The notes beneath the pieces were generated by a model that saw nothing but the letters and a program-made list of their open reading frames with translations, had not been told where the DNA came from and did not search any database. A DNA stretch of 63,934 nt, counting the filler, from an uncultured Myxococcia bacterium (lineage in GTDB: Bacteria; CAZTWC01): assembly GCA_964617105.1 (NCBI GenBank). It is 3 parts of 3 records of this genome, joined end to end, with 100 filler letters (N's around TTAATTAATTAA, not from the genome) between each part and the next. Parts side by side here need not be neighbours in the genome. Positions count along the whole stretch, not along the records: positions 1 to 26,655 come from CAZTWC010000016.1; 2 more parts are not named here. One strand, given 5' to 3'. The position numbers and the translations under genes are program-made. Shown here piece by piece: positions 9,963 through 21,340 of the stretch. Position 1 is the first letter of the stretch. Each line of letters begins with the position of its first letter.

Positions 9963-10858
9963 GATTTCGCACTTTGATTTTCGTCAGTTTTATTCTTTTA
10001 TTTATAGCAACTTGTGGCTGGAAAGAGGTACAAGGAATAGGTTTTCTAGTTTGGTCAGATGACGATGTTGAGCAAGCCTATGTTCATTCTACCTGGGAGA
10101 CTGAAACTAGTCTCTTTGGTGTTATGGAGGGCGCAAAAGTTAGAAATGTTAGGCACAGTCTAATATTACAAATACAAAAATCAGATGGGTCCAAACGACG
10201 TGCGCTTTATAGCAATGCTCCAGGATCAGGAGGAGGCGACTTATATTATATGCGCAGCCAGGGTTATGTAATAATGGAGTTTGCTGACAATTCGGGCAGG
10301 TATTTTGAAAAAATCAGCCTCAATGGCCAACGACAAGTAGTTGGCGAAAAAATTACCCAACAGAAACTCTGCGATGATTATGATATAATTCCCTCTCCCA
10401 ACGGTGAAGTATTAGCGGCTGTTAAGCATGTAGTCCCGAATCCGTATAATCCATCACCAACTGGTGAAATGCAGATCAAATGTGGTAACGGAACTGTTAG
10501 TGTTGAGTTTTTCAATGCTCATAACCTTAATCGCCTGGCTGGACCTTTTACCTGGAATATTACCGGTCTTATGGAAGCAGTTTGGTCACCAGCACAAGAG
10601 TTGTTCATTGTTACTGGTGACGAAGCCTCTGGGATAGAGCCTCAAGGTGGAGCACATACGCTTACAGGCAATGTCAATGTTTGGAAAATAGATCCCAACA
10701 GTGGGAGTGGGCCTGTTACAGGCGCTTTACCCTCGTGTCTATACCCCAAAACCACCAGTAGCAACGTCTCGGCGGCAGGGGTAAAAATCGGTCCTGGACC
10801 CGTTAATGATCCCGTTAAGGTAATTTCAACAAATGCCACATCTTTCGGTTGCAACTAG
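9959..10858 (+). CDS. Hypothetical lipoprotein (beta-rich)
   Basis: Signal peptide with IATC lipobox, translationally coupled to upstream gene, 299 aa. Confidence 0.7.
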   Translation: MRFRTLIFVSFILLFIATCGWKEVQGIGFLVWSDDDVEQAYVHSTWETETSLFGVMEGAKVRNVRHSLILQIQKSDGSKRRALYSNAPGSGGGDLYYMRSQGYVIMEFADNSGRYFEKISLNGQRQVVGEKITQQKLCDDYDIIPSPNGEVLAAVKHVVPNPYNPSPTGEMQIKCGNGTVSVEFFNAHNLNRLAGPFTWNITGLMEAVWSPAQELFIVTGDEASGIEPQGGAHTLTGNVNVWKIDPNSGSGPVTGALPSCLYPKTTSSNVSAAGVKIGPGPVNDPVKVISTNATSFGCN

Positions 10859-10899
10859 GAAACAAATAGAAACTGATTGAGATCCCTATGTGTTGAGTT

Positions 10900-10945
10900 T
10901 GTCAACCTGGTTTGGCCCCATTTGATCTTTTATTTTGGCCCCACT
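10900..10945. mobile_element. Possible IS21-family end remnant
   Basis: Starts TGTCAA and has tttggcccca twice 23 bp apart (10911, 10934), like the reiterated transposase-binding repeats of IS21 ends; no istA/istB seen. Confidence 0.35.
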
Positions 10946-11173
10946 CTGTACCTTCATAGTGTATGTAACCCCCTAAGGGAGCCAATAGGAATCTAGGTTG
11001 CATTTCTTTTGAGATGCGGCCTTTTTTCGTTGCCAGCCCTGGTTGTATTCGGCAATGATGTCGAAGGGTTGGCGTTGGCCGTCCACCAAAGGGGGCAGAA
11101 TTTCGTTGCTATATCTTTGCCAATATCTTAATCTTATAAAAAATAATTTATCAAAAGTATAACGGAGGAAATA

Positions 11174-14100
11174 ATGAAAAATGTGTTAGAAATCTGCCTG
11201 ATATTGTTTCTAACTCTGGTTATGACGAATTGCAGTGGCGACAAAGCAGAAAGTATCTGCACTCCAGATGCAATACAGGATTGTATCTGTACTGCAGACG
11301 GCGAAGGTGTCCAAACATGTAGCGAGGATGGTACAGGATGGCAAGATTGTAAATGTAAAGTTGTTAACGTTAACAGTGATGGCAGCGACGGGGGTAGTGT
11401 CTCAGACGACAAAGACACCGAGGGAAATGATTCTGCCTTCGATGCAGTTACCTTAACCGTTTCAGCAAGTCCGGCAAATTTGACTGCGGATGGTCATAGT
11501 ACCAGCATTATAACCGCTATAATTACTGATGCAAAGGGCAATCCGGTTATAAATGGGACTACTTGCAATTTTTCTACAAATGATGGGGAATTAAGTGCCT
11601 TAACTGCAACAACGACCCAGGGCGTTGCTACAGTAACATATACCGCTCCCAATTATGTCCCAAGTGGTGGAAGTACTACCATAACTGCTGAAACAACAAA
11701 TTCAATAAAAAATTCAACTGTTATGACATTGATCGGCTCTCAAATTGATAGTATTTCCCTTGCTGCCAGTCTCACCAGTTTGCCTGCAGATGGAACCAGC
11801 ACTGCAAATATTATAGCAACGGTTTCTGCCCCTGGTGGATCAAGTGCTCCCGATGGAACCACTGTAACCTTTTCCATCTATAAATTTTCTGTACCTGACA
11901 CATCAGGAGGAAGTATAACCTCTTCTGTAAATACTTCCGCTTGGTGAAGAATTTAGTATTGCAGCGGCATTTAAAAATATCTCCGGCCTTCGTGATTTAG
12001 GTCTCAAGGATACTATTACAGTTTTTGTAGGTGATCATTATGGTAATGCAATTTCTGATAATACGGCCATCTCTTTCAAAACTTACAATACAGGTGGTCT
12101 TTTTTCACCGACAAATACAGGAACAACAACAGGAGGTATTGCTACTGCAAGGTTGCAGTCAACCAGCAACCCCACACCTTCAGAAGGATTTTTAACCGTT
12201 ACTGCTGAGGCAAATAATGGTGGTAGAACTACATATATTACCAGCCTTGCCATTGTTCAGGGAGCAGACCCGGGCAGGCATATTTTATATGCGGGAACTA
12301 ATGGAGGGGGAATTTATAAATCAACCAATTCAGGGGTCAGTTGGCGTTCCGTCAGCAGATCAACGTCCAGTATAAAAATGAATCTAATTGACCCATATAT
12401 CAATGATATTGCCATTAAAGCCGATAATAAAAATGTCATATATGCAGCCACAGGTTATCTGGGAGAGGGAAATGTTTATCGCAGCATGGATGGTGGAGGG
12501 AACTGGAATAGTGACAATACAGAAGAATGGCAGGGTATGTTCAGTTCAAATTGGCCAGTTGATAAAGATGGAAATGCCATCCCATCAATGTCCCAGGTTT
12601 TAACCATTTTAACCGATAGCACTGGAGATTATTTATGGTTTGGCACCAATGGAACCGGGGTTTTTTATTCTCCTGACGGCGAAAAGTTTATTCAGGCAAC
12701 TTCAAATTTGACCACGGGAAAGGTTGTTAGAGATTTGGTTAGAGCCACAGGCAACGGATCAACAGCAACTTTATATGCTGGCACCACAAATGGAATTTAT
12801 AAAAGTACAGATGGAGCTCAAACATGGGCTAAAAGAACATCCTTTATTGGTGAAAATGTAAATGTTCTTGAATTACATCCAGATGACCCAACTAAGGTGA
12901 TTTATGTGGGCACGGAAGATGCCGGGTTTTTTTACAGCGTAAATGGCGGAACAACCTGGACGCCATATAATCAAGGCTTGGGTTATGGACTAAATGCAAC
13001 CATTCCGGAACCGGCTTCAAGCAATACAGGAAATGGAGCCATGAGTTCAGTTACGGTTTCAAAAAATACTCTTACCGAAGATTGGACTGTTACCTGCTCA
13101 ACAGCCGGTGGCCTTGGAACCGGTAAATTTTTAGTTACTGGAAGTGTTTCAGGAATTCAAGGCTCTGCAACAGTTGGCAATCAATTTATCTCAACAAATC
13201 ATTTTGTCTCTTTTACTATCACCAGCGGTAACATCAAATTTGCTTTAAATGATTCATTTACCTTTAAAACAACAAGGGATCCTGGTAAAAAAATCAAAGA
13301 TTTGCTTGTCTTTGATACTGGTGGAGCAAGTGACCGATTGTATGCAATAACAAATTTTATCGGTTCAGATGAAGCCCATGCAGTTGGCCAGGTTTATTAT
13401 TTAGATATCAATCCTAACACTTTCCTCCCTTCTGCCCAATGGTCTCAAGCTAATGCTGGCCTACCTCAATATGATCCACCCGATGATATAACCCTATTTC
13501 CACAGCATCTATTTTTAACAGATAATCAAACTGCCCCAGATTACCTGTTTATTGGCGGTGAAGGCATTAATTTTTATAAAGCAACCACTGGCATAACAAC
13601 AGGCGTCCCAAACTGGACTCAAAGCAAAACAGGTCTATCAAATCTAATTATGGCAAGAATGCCCCTTCTTTTTACCGGTGAATGCCCTATGGAGTTGACT
13701 GCTTATGGAATTGCGACAACAGCAGTTGAAAAAACGGGGGGTAATACCGGAAATGGCTCAATTAGTAGAATTACAGGCTCTTCAGAGACCGTTGGCCCCT
13801 TAATTACGGATTATTGGACTGTAACTTTTACTTCACCATGGGTGTTTACTGTTACAGGCTTAAATTCTGGTGCTCAAGCCTGTGGTGGTATAACCTGTAC
13901 AATTGATAGCGCAACAGGAAAAATTAAATATATTACCGATAATAATACCATGGGTTTTACAATTGAAAATGGTACCACCGATTTTGCAGTTGGAGACCAG
14001 TTTACATTTTATACGAAACGCAGCAATAGAGTATCTAGTGCAACTACCCCCATTGCTATTGCAGGAAATACAGGCAATGGAACAATAGGTGCCGTTACAA

Positions 14101-14657
14101 CAGGTACCAATACAAAAACTGAAGAATGGACAGTTTTCTTTACCTCAACTACGGCTTTTACTGTAACGGGAACCACCTCCGGTTTACAATCCAACAATGG
14201 AACCTTTATTGACGGAAATCATACTACAAGTGTAACCAGTTATAGGTCTGATAACAGTGAAGTAAGTTTTACAGTTACCAATGGCAGCAAAATTTTTGTG
14301 CCAGGTGATTCATTTACTTTTTCTACTGCTGAAAGTACCTTGGGAACAGTATGGTATACAACCTATATTCAGGATGCCAACGGAAATCCACCCATTGGTA
14401 CAACAGAATATCAAGTTACTCATTATGTAGCGGCATTAGATAAAACTTATACCTTAAAACGGGTTGTATATCCTGATACTTATACTTACCAAGGGACATA
14501 CCGGGATAGAGCAAACGCAGTTACAAATTGGCCATTTATAATAACAGGATCTGTTTCAACTAATGACACCATTACACATACATATACACCTAAATGCGGT
14601 TATGAGGTTCCTGGTTGCTCTGGTTCTGCAACTTCAAAGATGTATGGCCCTTTCTAA
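11174..14657 (+). pseudogene. Large surface lipoprotein (Cys-rich N-term, Big_1/invasin Ig domains, BNR-type beta-propeller, three GNTGNG repeats), broken at ~11940
   Basis: Lipobox MTNC; Big_1 motif LTADGHSTSIITAIITDAKGNPV; frame of the 12153-14657 ORF is already open at 11943 (GEEFSIAAAFKNISGL...VGDHYGNAI); repeated YxSxDGGxxW Asp-boxes. Confidence 0.75.
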
Positions 14658-14658
14658 T

Positions 14659-14913
14659 TTAATGAGTTAAGGGGTATTGAAGCACAAGCAAAAGGCTTAG
14701 TTCCCCTTCCAGCAGCAAAAATAGTTCAGGGCAATCGTGTTCCTCCAACTCCTCTATTTGCCCGACTGAAGTTGCGGCCGGGGAATATACGCCTATCCGG
14801 TAGTTGCCAGTATCTCCGCAGAGCACCTGCCATATCTGGTCCGTTTCTATCTCTAAAAAACTATTGGCTGGAAATTCTGGAAAAGAGGGTCTGGTGGTTT
14901 CAACTTTTTTCAT
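14659..14913 (-). CDS. Hypothetical cupin-like protein, probably 3'-truncated
   Basis: LEEHDCPELFLLLEGELSL resembles a cupin motif; ORF ends abruptly against the convergent gene. Confidence 0.45.
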   Translation of the reverse strand: MKKVETTRPSFPEFPANSFLEIETDQIWQVLCGDTGNYRIGVYSPAATSVGQIEELEEHDCPELFLLLEGELSLLLVLQYPLTH

Positions 14914-14963
14914 ATGCTGTCCTGGTTCACTCGTGTCTGTCCAAGAATTTGCTTCGTCGCCAT

Positions 14964-15730
14964 TTAATCCTTTTTAGGTAACGGCCACTTAAAAAATTTC
15001 ATCATCAATCGCTCCAAAACCGAGCTGTTTAGTAGTTTGCGGTATTTCCACAAGGGCGAATGGCAATCCATCTTATTTCCCTGGTGGATAAACTCAACTA
15101 CCAATTGGGCACAAGTCTGGGACAAATGTTCCAACAGGTCCCGCCCCGCTTCTGCAGAGGCCAGGGCTGGATAGCCATGATAGTTAAAACTACGGTAATA
15201 GTCCAGTTTACGAGCCAATTCTGCGATTTCGGCCACAGAGGACAGCACTCCCTGCCACAGTGGTGCTTTGCCGGAAGTGCAACAATCATCTTCGCGGACT
15301 GGAGAAGATGTAGCCTTATCTGTTCTCTTCTCTGTTAAAGGCTCCAGGGTATTCCATATTTGTTTTACCAATTTTGGATATAGATGAACGGCCAAACTGG
15401 TTTCAATAAAACCGGCATGAAAATCGCTGAGTAACTGCTGATGGGTAATCTTGCATCCACGGGTATTTTTTATCCCCTGCATCAGAAAATCCTGCTCATC
15501 TACACGGGCTATTGCCATGGAAAATAGAGAGCCCGTAGGCTGGCCGAATTCATTGGCAATCAGGTCTGCCGCCTCTTCCAGGGCGCAAATATGACGCGGG
15601 CTGGAGTGAAAAGATGAGATCAATAATCTACCAAAACCCTGCTGGGCAAAGGGTTTCAGCAGGTGAAAGGCTGCCTCCCGCACCATTTTTACCGGAAAAT
15701 TGACTGAACCCCGCCAAGGGATACTGTCAC
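14964..15730 (-). pseudogene. Creatininase/creatinine amidohydrolase family protein, 5'-truncated
   Basis: GDSIPWRGSV, SSFHSSPRH, DFHAGFIETS, GYPALASAEAG; N-terminal E-x-H-G-x-H part missing. Confidence 0.7.
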
Positions 15731-15732
15731 CC

Positions 15733-16121
15733 GTGATGCCCGAAAACTACATCCACCCTGAAATCACTTGATATTTCAAACCCTATCAGTCATGCTAACT
15801 TTCATGAAAATAATACTGGAGATATCATTATTTGTCTGCCTAAATTTTTACCTTTTTTGTTGCTTGCATAAGAGAATACCACTGCTCAAAGGTTTTTACC
15901 ATCTCTCTAGTCTCTGCCAGGAGTTCTCAGTCTGGTATAACCAGTGGCGACCCCATATGACCCTGGAAGGTGGCCGGCCTGATGACAAATATTTTCTCCA
16001 TGATTGGCGGCCACCGGAGAAAGAGGCCAAAGTAATCCTTGTTGACTTTGAAAATGAAATCGAAAAGCGGTATTTCAAAGCCACCAGGATAACTGGGTAT
16101 AGGTTGAAGAATGCGGCCTGA
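15733..16121 (+). mobile_element. IS remnant (integrase core-domain transposase fragment) with possible left end
   Basis: WYNQWRPHMTLEGGRP is the C-terminal motif of rve-type transposases; DDE core absent; end-like sequence gtgatgcccgaaaactacatcc at 15733. Confidence 0.55.
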
Positions 16122-16389
16122 AAATCGGAGCCTTTTTCCCGACTCTCAATTCCAATTCAATCCGGGGATTGATCTTATCCTGGTTTGGATAGGTTTGGCC
16201 TTTTTAGGATCTTTTCTTGTTGCCGTTGATGCCGACCACAAATTTCCTCAATCAGCCCACTTTCTGCATTCTTTTCTTCTATTTTTCTCCGTCGATTATT
16301 CAGTTTTCAAAGAACTTTGGGCCGTAAAAACGACTAATTATTCATGTTTTGTGGTGTCTCGCTGGCGCTTGGCAAGTACAGGTATCCTC

Positions 16390-16546
16390 CTTTGCAGATA
16401 CGCTCAAACGCCTGACGGTGCGATTTAGTAGGCCGGTACATGGCCATGAGGTCCGCATTTTTCTGCGATTCTTCAAAATTGCTTTTCAATTCCACAAAAT
16501 TTGCGTATCCTGTCTTTAAATTAACCACATCGGCTATTTTACTCAT
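16390..16546 (-). pseudogene. N-terminal fragment of a putative large P-loop ATPase (BrxC/SspC-like)
   Basis: Coupled to upstream gene (GATGAGTAA overlap); MSKIADVVNLKTGYANFVEL...YRPTKSHRQAFERICKG resembles the pre-Walker A segment of such ATPases, then degenerates. Confidence 0.4.
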
Positions 16547-18119
16547 CTTTGCTCCGCATTCCCTTCAATAGTTCTTTTCCTTTTTTTGTAACACGATACT
16601 TTTGTTTACTGCTTTTGGGCTTGTCCGGGATAGTCATTTCAATAACACCTGCTTCAATTGCCGGTACAAGATATGCCTGGCGAAAATGCTCCTCATGCTT
16701 TAGATCCAGTTCTTTTTGCAATTCACTACGTTTCATTTCTCCCTGCAAGGCTGCCAGAAGTCTCAACACTTCCCCTGCAACTTCCTCGGTGACTTCCCCG
16801 GTGACATCCCCGGTGGCTTCACCTGTATCGTTCTCGGAAACTTCACCTGTGACTTCACCTGTATCATTCTCGGCAGCTTCCTCGGTGACTTCCCCGGTGA
16901 CTCCCTCTGCCCCTTGTTTGAATTTTTCAGATTTCTCAAAATCAAGGGCTGGTAAAAAGATGATATATAAATATCCCGACTGTTCCCGCCACTCAGGAGA
17001 AGGGTTATGACCCTCTTTACACCAATCAAGTATCTTTAAGGTTCCCATGCCCCATTTCTCGATAATACCGGCACGATAGAATACTCCGGCCATAATTGGA
17101 TTCCAGGGGCGTGACTCATGAAGCCGGATCAAATCGTCTATTTGCATGCCAAAATGTAATTCACCGGGGCTGGCTACCTCCAAACGGTTATCATACATAG
17201 CTACACTTATCGAATCTGCGGCATGGATATAATCGCGGTGACATAATGCATTCGCCAGGGCTTCTCTGGTAGCAAGCGGCGGATAAAGCGGCCTGTCTTC
17301 CCGTTCGAACCGCCCGGGAACAACCCGCCCGGCGATTGGCACATGATCCGCGAGAAACCTTTGAGCCTGGCGTAAAAGTTCAAAAGCGTTTCCCAAATAC
17401 TGCCGGTTATCCAAAAAATCCCCCAGCCGGTTTTTGCCGCGAAAACGCGCTAACCGAATGCTGAATTGGGGAAAGAGAACCCGCAATTTTTCGGTTTTGC
17501 CAAAAAGCGCAGCCGCCGCGTTCAGAAGATTTCCTTCATGAATCAGCCCCAACCCCCGCAGGATTGATTCGATGTCCTGTTTCAACCCTGGTTCCAGCCT
17601 GCCCAACCTTTGCGCGCTTTCAACTACTCTCATAATTTCATCCGTATTCAGGTCAGAAGTAGTAAAGCCCTTTGGAACAGGCTCGTTTTCCCATCGTCTG
17701 GACGCATGCAATCGTTCCAGCAGCATTTGCTCAAACAATGTTTTGGGCATGACAGAAGTGGTAGGACCACGGCGAACATATGGACGTCCGTCATAAATAT
17801 ATGGCTTGCCACTGCCGCTCTGTACGAGTAAAGCGATTATTGAATGACCACTGGGGAGATGAACTGTTTGGACATCAGGAAATGCGGGCGGTTCGATCTT
17901 TTGCAGTTCCTCGGCAAGAGACCTGGTTGTCTTTTCACTTACTTCCTGACCTGCGATGAGTCCGTTATTCTTAACGCCAAAGAATAGATAACCACCATTG
18001 GCGTTGAGCATGGCGCATACTGTTTTAACAGCGCTTTTTCGCTGGCCGGTGGAGGCTTTGAATTCTACGGTTTCAGATTCTCCCTTTGCCGTGATTTTTT
18101 TTAGTTCATCCAGATTCAT
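16539..18119 (-). CDS. AlbA_2/Schlafen-domain ATP-binding protein with HATPase_c_4 (RecG-C-like) and C-terminal HTH
   Basis: GESETVEFKAS, CAMLNANGG, REALANALCHRDY, RLEVASPG, IEKWGMG, TIPDKPKSSKQKYRVT. Confidence 0.9.
   Translation of the reverse strand: MNLDELKKITAKGESETVEFKASTGQRKSAVKTVCAMLNANGGYLFFGVKNNGLIAGQEVSEKTTRSLAEELQKIEPPAFPDVQTVHLPSGHSIIALLVQSGSGKPYIYDGRPYVRRGPTTSVMPKTLFEQMLLERLHASRRWENEPVPKGFTTSDLNTDEIMRVVESAQRLGRLEPGLKQDIESILRGLGLIHEGNLLNAAAALFGKTEKLRVLFPQFSIRLARFRGKNRLGDFLDNRQYLGNAFELLRQAQRFLADHVPIAGRVVPGRFEREDRPLYPPLATREALANALCHRDYIHAADSISVAMYDNRLEVASPGELHFGMQIDDLIRLHESRPWNPIMAGVFYRAGIIEKWGMGTLKILDWCKEGHNPSPEWREQSGYLYIIFLPALDFEKSEKFKQGAEGVTGEVTEEAAENDTGEVTGEVSENDTGEATGDVTGEVTEEVAGEVLRLLAALQGEMKRSELQKELDLKHEEHFRQAYLVPAIEAGVIEMTIPDKPKSSKQKYRVTKKGKELLKGMRSKDE
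16770..16905 (-). repeat. Imperfect 12-nt tandem repeats encoding (T/A)GEV units
   Basis: GVTGEVTEEAAENDTGEVTGEVSENDTGEATGDVTGEVTEEVAGEV; gtgacttccccg/gtgacttcacct units. Confidence 0.85.
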
Positions 18120-18139
18120 TGCTGTTTGCTCCCCATACC

Positions 18140-19425
18140 TTACTTCAAGCCATCGTGCTGAAGAACCTTTTTGATTCGGTCATATTCCTCCAAACACTTT
18201 CGCTTTGACATAAACTCGCCAAAGGCTTTTTCCTCCTTTTTCTTGAGTACTGGAAAGGTGTCGAGGATATAGGCGAAATCATCACGGCAAAGGCCGTAAA
18301 GGTGCGCCACATAGGCATCGATTTCCGCCCGCATTTGGGCTCGATCTCCTTCTGCCTGTCAGTCTCATCTTCATCTATCCGTGAAATCTGAACGATTTTA
18401 TCACAGGCCTTTGCCAGAACATCGGAAAGGTTGTTATAGTCAAAGAGTAATCCTGACTCTTCCTTCTTTTTGCCGTCTTTTTTCCTCTTTGGTATCTCAT
18501 CCAGTTTCTTTAACGACCTGATGCCCATCAAACTGTTGCCCTGTTTCAGGTGATGGTCTAAAAAGGTCAGTTTATGGTCGACCGCAAAGCAGTTGAGCCA
18601 TAAGGAGAGTTTGGCCAGGTTGACGGCCAGGGGATTTAAATCTACGCCGTAAAGGCAGTGGCGGGTGACAAGCCTCCTGAAATAATTGGGATCGCTTGGA
18701 ACCGAAACCTCTATCCCCTCGATATAGGGAATTTCTTCCAGGAGCGATACAGCAAATCCTGACATCTGGTTGGCGGCATCAACCAAAAAGTGGCCGCTTC
18801 CCATGGCTGGATCGCACACCTTAAAATTGAGCAATTCCTCTTTTACAAAGTTTTCCACCAGAGCAGCGGCAGACTGAGACGCGCCGCGTCTGGCATTGGG
18901 GTCGTGAGCGTTATGCGCCTGGTCGATAAACTGCTCGAAACGCTTTTTATGTTTTTGCTTAAAACACTGTGAAAGCGGTTTTATAATTGTTTTTTCATTA
19001 ATAAATTTTACCAGCGATTCGGGTGTGTAATATGAGCCAGTCTGCTTTCTTTCCAGGGCGGATTCGCCAAAAAAGATATCCCCTTTTTTAATCATCCTGT
19101 CGCCGGCCTGCGTGCTTGTCTGAGAAGTCAGCAGAAGTTCCACTCCCTTTTTAGTGCGGCGTCTGATTCTGTCCGCATCAGCCAGTTGTACGGTGTATTC
19201 AAGGATATTCTCATAGAGTTCGCCCAGATGGCGCACTTCCAAATCCTCGTATGGAATGGGATATTCGTCTTTCTGTTTTGTGTTGTCCAGCGGCTCAACA
19301 TAGGCAAGCAGATAAAGCGCCCTGGCCAAAAAATCGTTTCGCAGTTGATGCCTGGCTAAAAACTTTTCCTGTTCATCATCAAAAAGACCACCGTTATAAC
19401 CTAAAATGCCATATTCAGGATCGCC
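18140..19425 (-). pseudogene. Eco57I-like (type IIG/IIL) N6-adenine restriction-modification methyltransferase, internally deleted
   Basis: YNGGLF, LGELYENILE, RKQTGSYYTP, CDPAMGSGHFL, LYGVDLNPLAV, GNSL; NPPY motif and TRD absent; C-terminal RAEIDAYVAHLYGL...ILDTFP in another frame from ~18345. Confidence 0.85.
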
Positions 19426-20367
19426 GTCGATGATAAACCTTACCTCCTGAGAGAGATTTTTTTTAATTGTCCCTGGCGTATAATCAGCGGCCAGAGCGGT
19501 TTTAAAATATTCTGTCAGTTCTTTTTGCAACATGAGATTGCGCTTTTTTAGAACATTGTTAAACATTTCATACCAGATAAGATTACGATAGGAACCCGCA
19601 CCCATATAGTGACACCATTCAAGCGTAGTCCGATTTTCCAGAAAGATATCATTTTCAGCGATTATCAAACCGACAGGAGTAAGAATCTGAACGCCTCCTT
19701 TAATCAAACCCATGGCTGAACCAATACTTACAAGACCTGCTACCTGTCTGTCAGATAAACCAGTATTCTCTGTAAGCACGGCACGAGGTATCTTCTTTTT
19801 CTTTTTATTTTCAAACAGAAAATTTAAAACCCGGGCAAGTTGATCAAATTCAAGACAATATCCATTACTCACCTGTAATTTGCGGCTTTCTCTCTTTTGA
19901 GATTTGTCACATAAAACTGTTGGAGCAGTTTCATCAATGGATTGATATTTGCCATTAGGTTCCCTGAGTTTTTCACCAGATCTATTTAATTGTTGCCTAT
20001 TGCCGTTATAGTTACTACTAATCTGTGGTTTAAAGTGCGTATCTACTCGGGCATTTTGGGATTCATGATTAAATAATTGCAACTGATTAATACTTTGATT
20101 GACCTGGTCACGATAAATCGGAGATGACATTTTATTATTTCTGCGGATAAAATCGACAATTTTCAATAAAACTGCCGACGATTCACCAATTCCTTTTATT
20201 TTTGCAAGATCTTTTGCATTGGCGGAAAGAACTGTTGAGAGGTCACCATATTGTTCTAATAAAGTATTTACAAGCGGTTTTACATCTTTTCTCCCAATTG
20301 AATAAGTAAGCAACAGTTCGAGAATAGACGCGTCACTTTTGGAGCCTTTTTTTTCTTTTGTTGTCAT
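19426..20367 (-). pseudogene. RadC-like helix-hairpin-helix + DUF4007-like protein, 3'-truncated and fused in frame to the methyltransferase fragment
   Basis: LELLLTYSIGRKDVKP...IKGIGESSA (RadC N-terminal HhH); LTPVG..I...DIFLENRTTLEWCHY...WYEMFN matches the DUF4007 pattern. Confidence 0.65.
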
Positions 20368-20394
20368 CTATATCACATAGTACCAACAAGGTAA

Positions 20395-20610
20395 TTATTG
20401 TTTAGAAATCTGTTTTCTCGCACTCTCACCGCTTGTGACCCATTCATCAATCTCTTTTTTCCTGAATTTCCAGAGCCTCCCCACCTTGTGCGCCGGCATC
20501 TTCTTTTCATCAATCCACTTATAGACCGTGTCACGCTTTATGCCGAGATGCTCTGCAATTTCGTCAACAGATAGCCAGCGATCATCCATTATTTTCTCCC
20601 TGTTTTCCAT
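20395..20610 (-). CDS. Excisionase-family helix-turn-helix protein (HTH_17)
   Basis: RWLSVDEIAEHLGIKRDTVYKWI...MPAHKVGRLWKF..EIDEW. Confidence 0.92.
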   Translation of the reverse strand: MENREKIMDDRWLSVDEIAEHLGIKRDTVYKWIDEKKMPAHKVGRLWKFRKKEIDEWVTSGESARKQISKQ

Positions 20611-20800
20611 AAATCATGTTTTTTATCCTGTGATCAAAGTATTCTGCAATTAAAGAGAACTACCTGGCAAATGTATAATTTTAACTATTTTATCTATTAT
20701 TATCCCCCATTAAACATGATGTCAATAAATGTTTTATGATCTAGCCGGATAAACTGGGATAAAACATGATATAGATTATAAAAGGAATCGATATGGTTGT

Positions 20801-21340
20801 TTAATTGACAGGACCACTGGGGTTAAAAAAATAATCTTTTCCAATGTGCTCTTTGCACATTCCAATTTTATCCCTGGTACGTTCGGCGATCATTTCCCTT
20901 TCAAATTCAGCAAATGACATGAGCATATTAAGGGTAAGCCTGCCCATGGCATCAGCAGTCGAAAAGTTCTGGGTAACGGCGACGAAAGCGACACCATGCT
21001 GATTAAACTTATTCATCATCTGGGCAAAGTCGAGTAATGAGCGGCTGAGTCTATCTACCTTATAAACCACTACCACATCAATTTTGCCGGTTTCAATAGC
21101 CAGCAATAATTTCTGAAAACCAGGGCGATTGATGTTGGCTCCTGTAAAACCGCCATCTTCATAGGTTTCTGGTACAAGTTCCCATCCATCATACTGGCGA
21201 TTGATAATATACTGCTCGCAAGACTCCCTCTGGGCGTCCAGTGAATTAAAATCTTGCTCCAGCCCGGCTGTAGTTGATTTTCTGGTGTAGATAACCGCCC
21301 GTTTTTTTACTGGCTGTTTTAATTCCACCATCGAACCCAT
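20801..21340 (-). pseudogene. Large serine recombinase, catalytic domain only (truncated after ERTRDKI)
   Basis: [42 protein letters not shown]; recombinase and Zn-ribbon domains missing. Confidence 0.85.
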
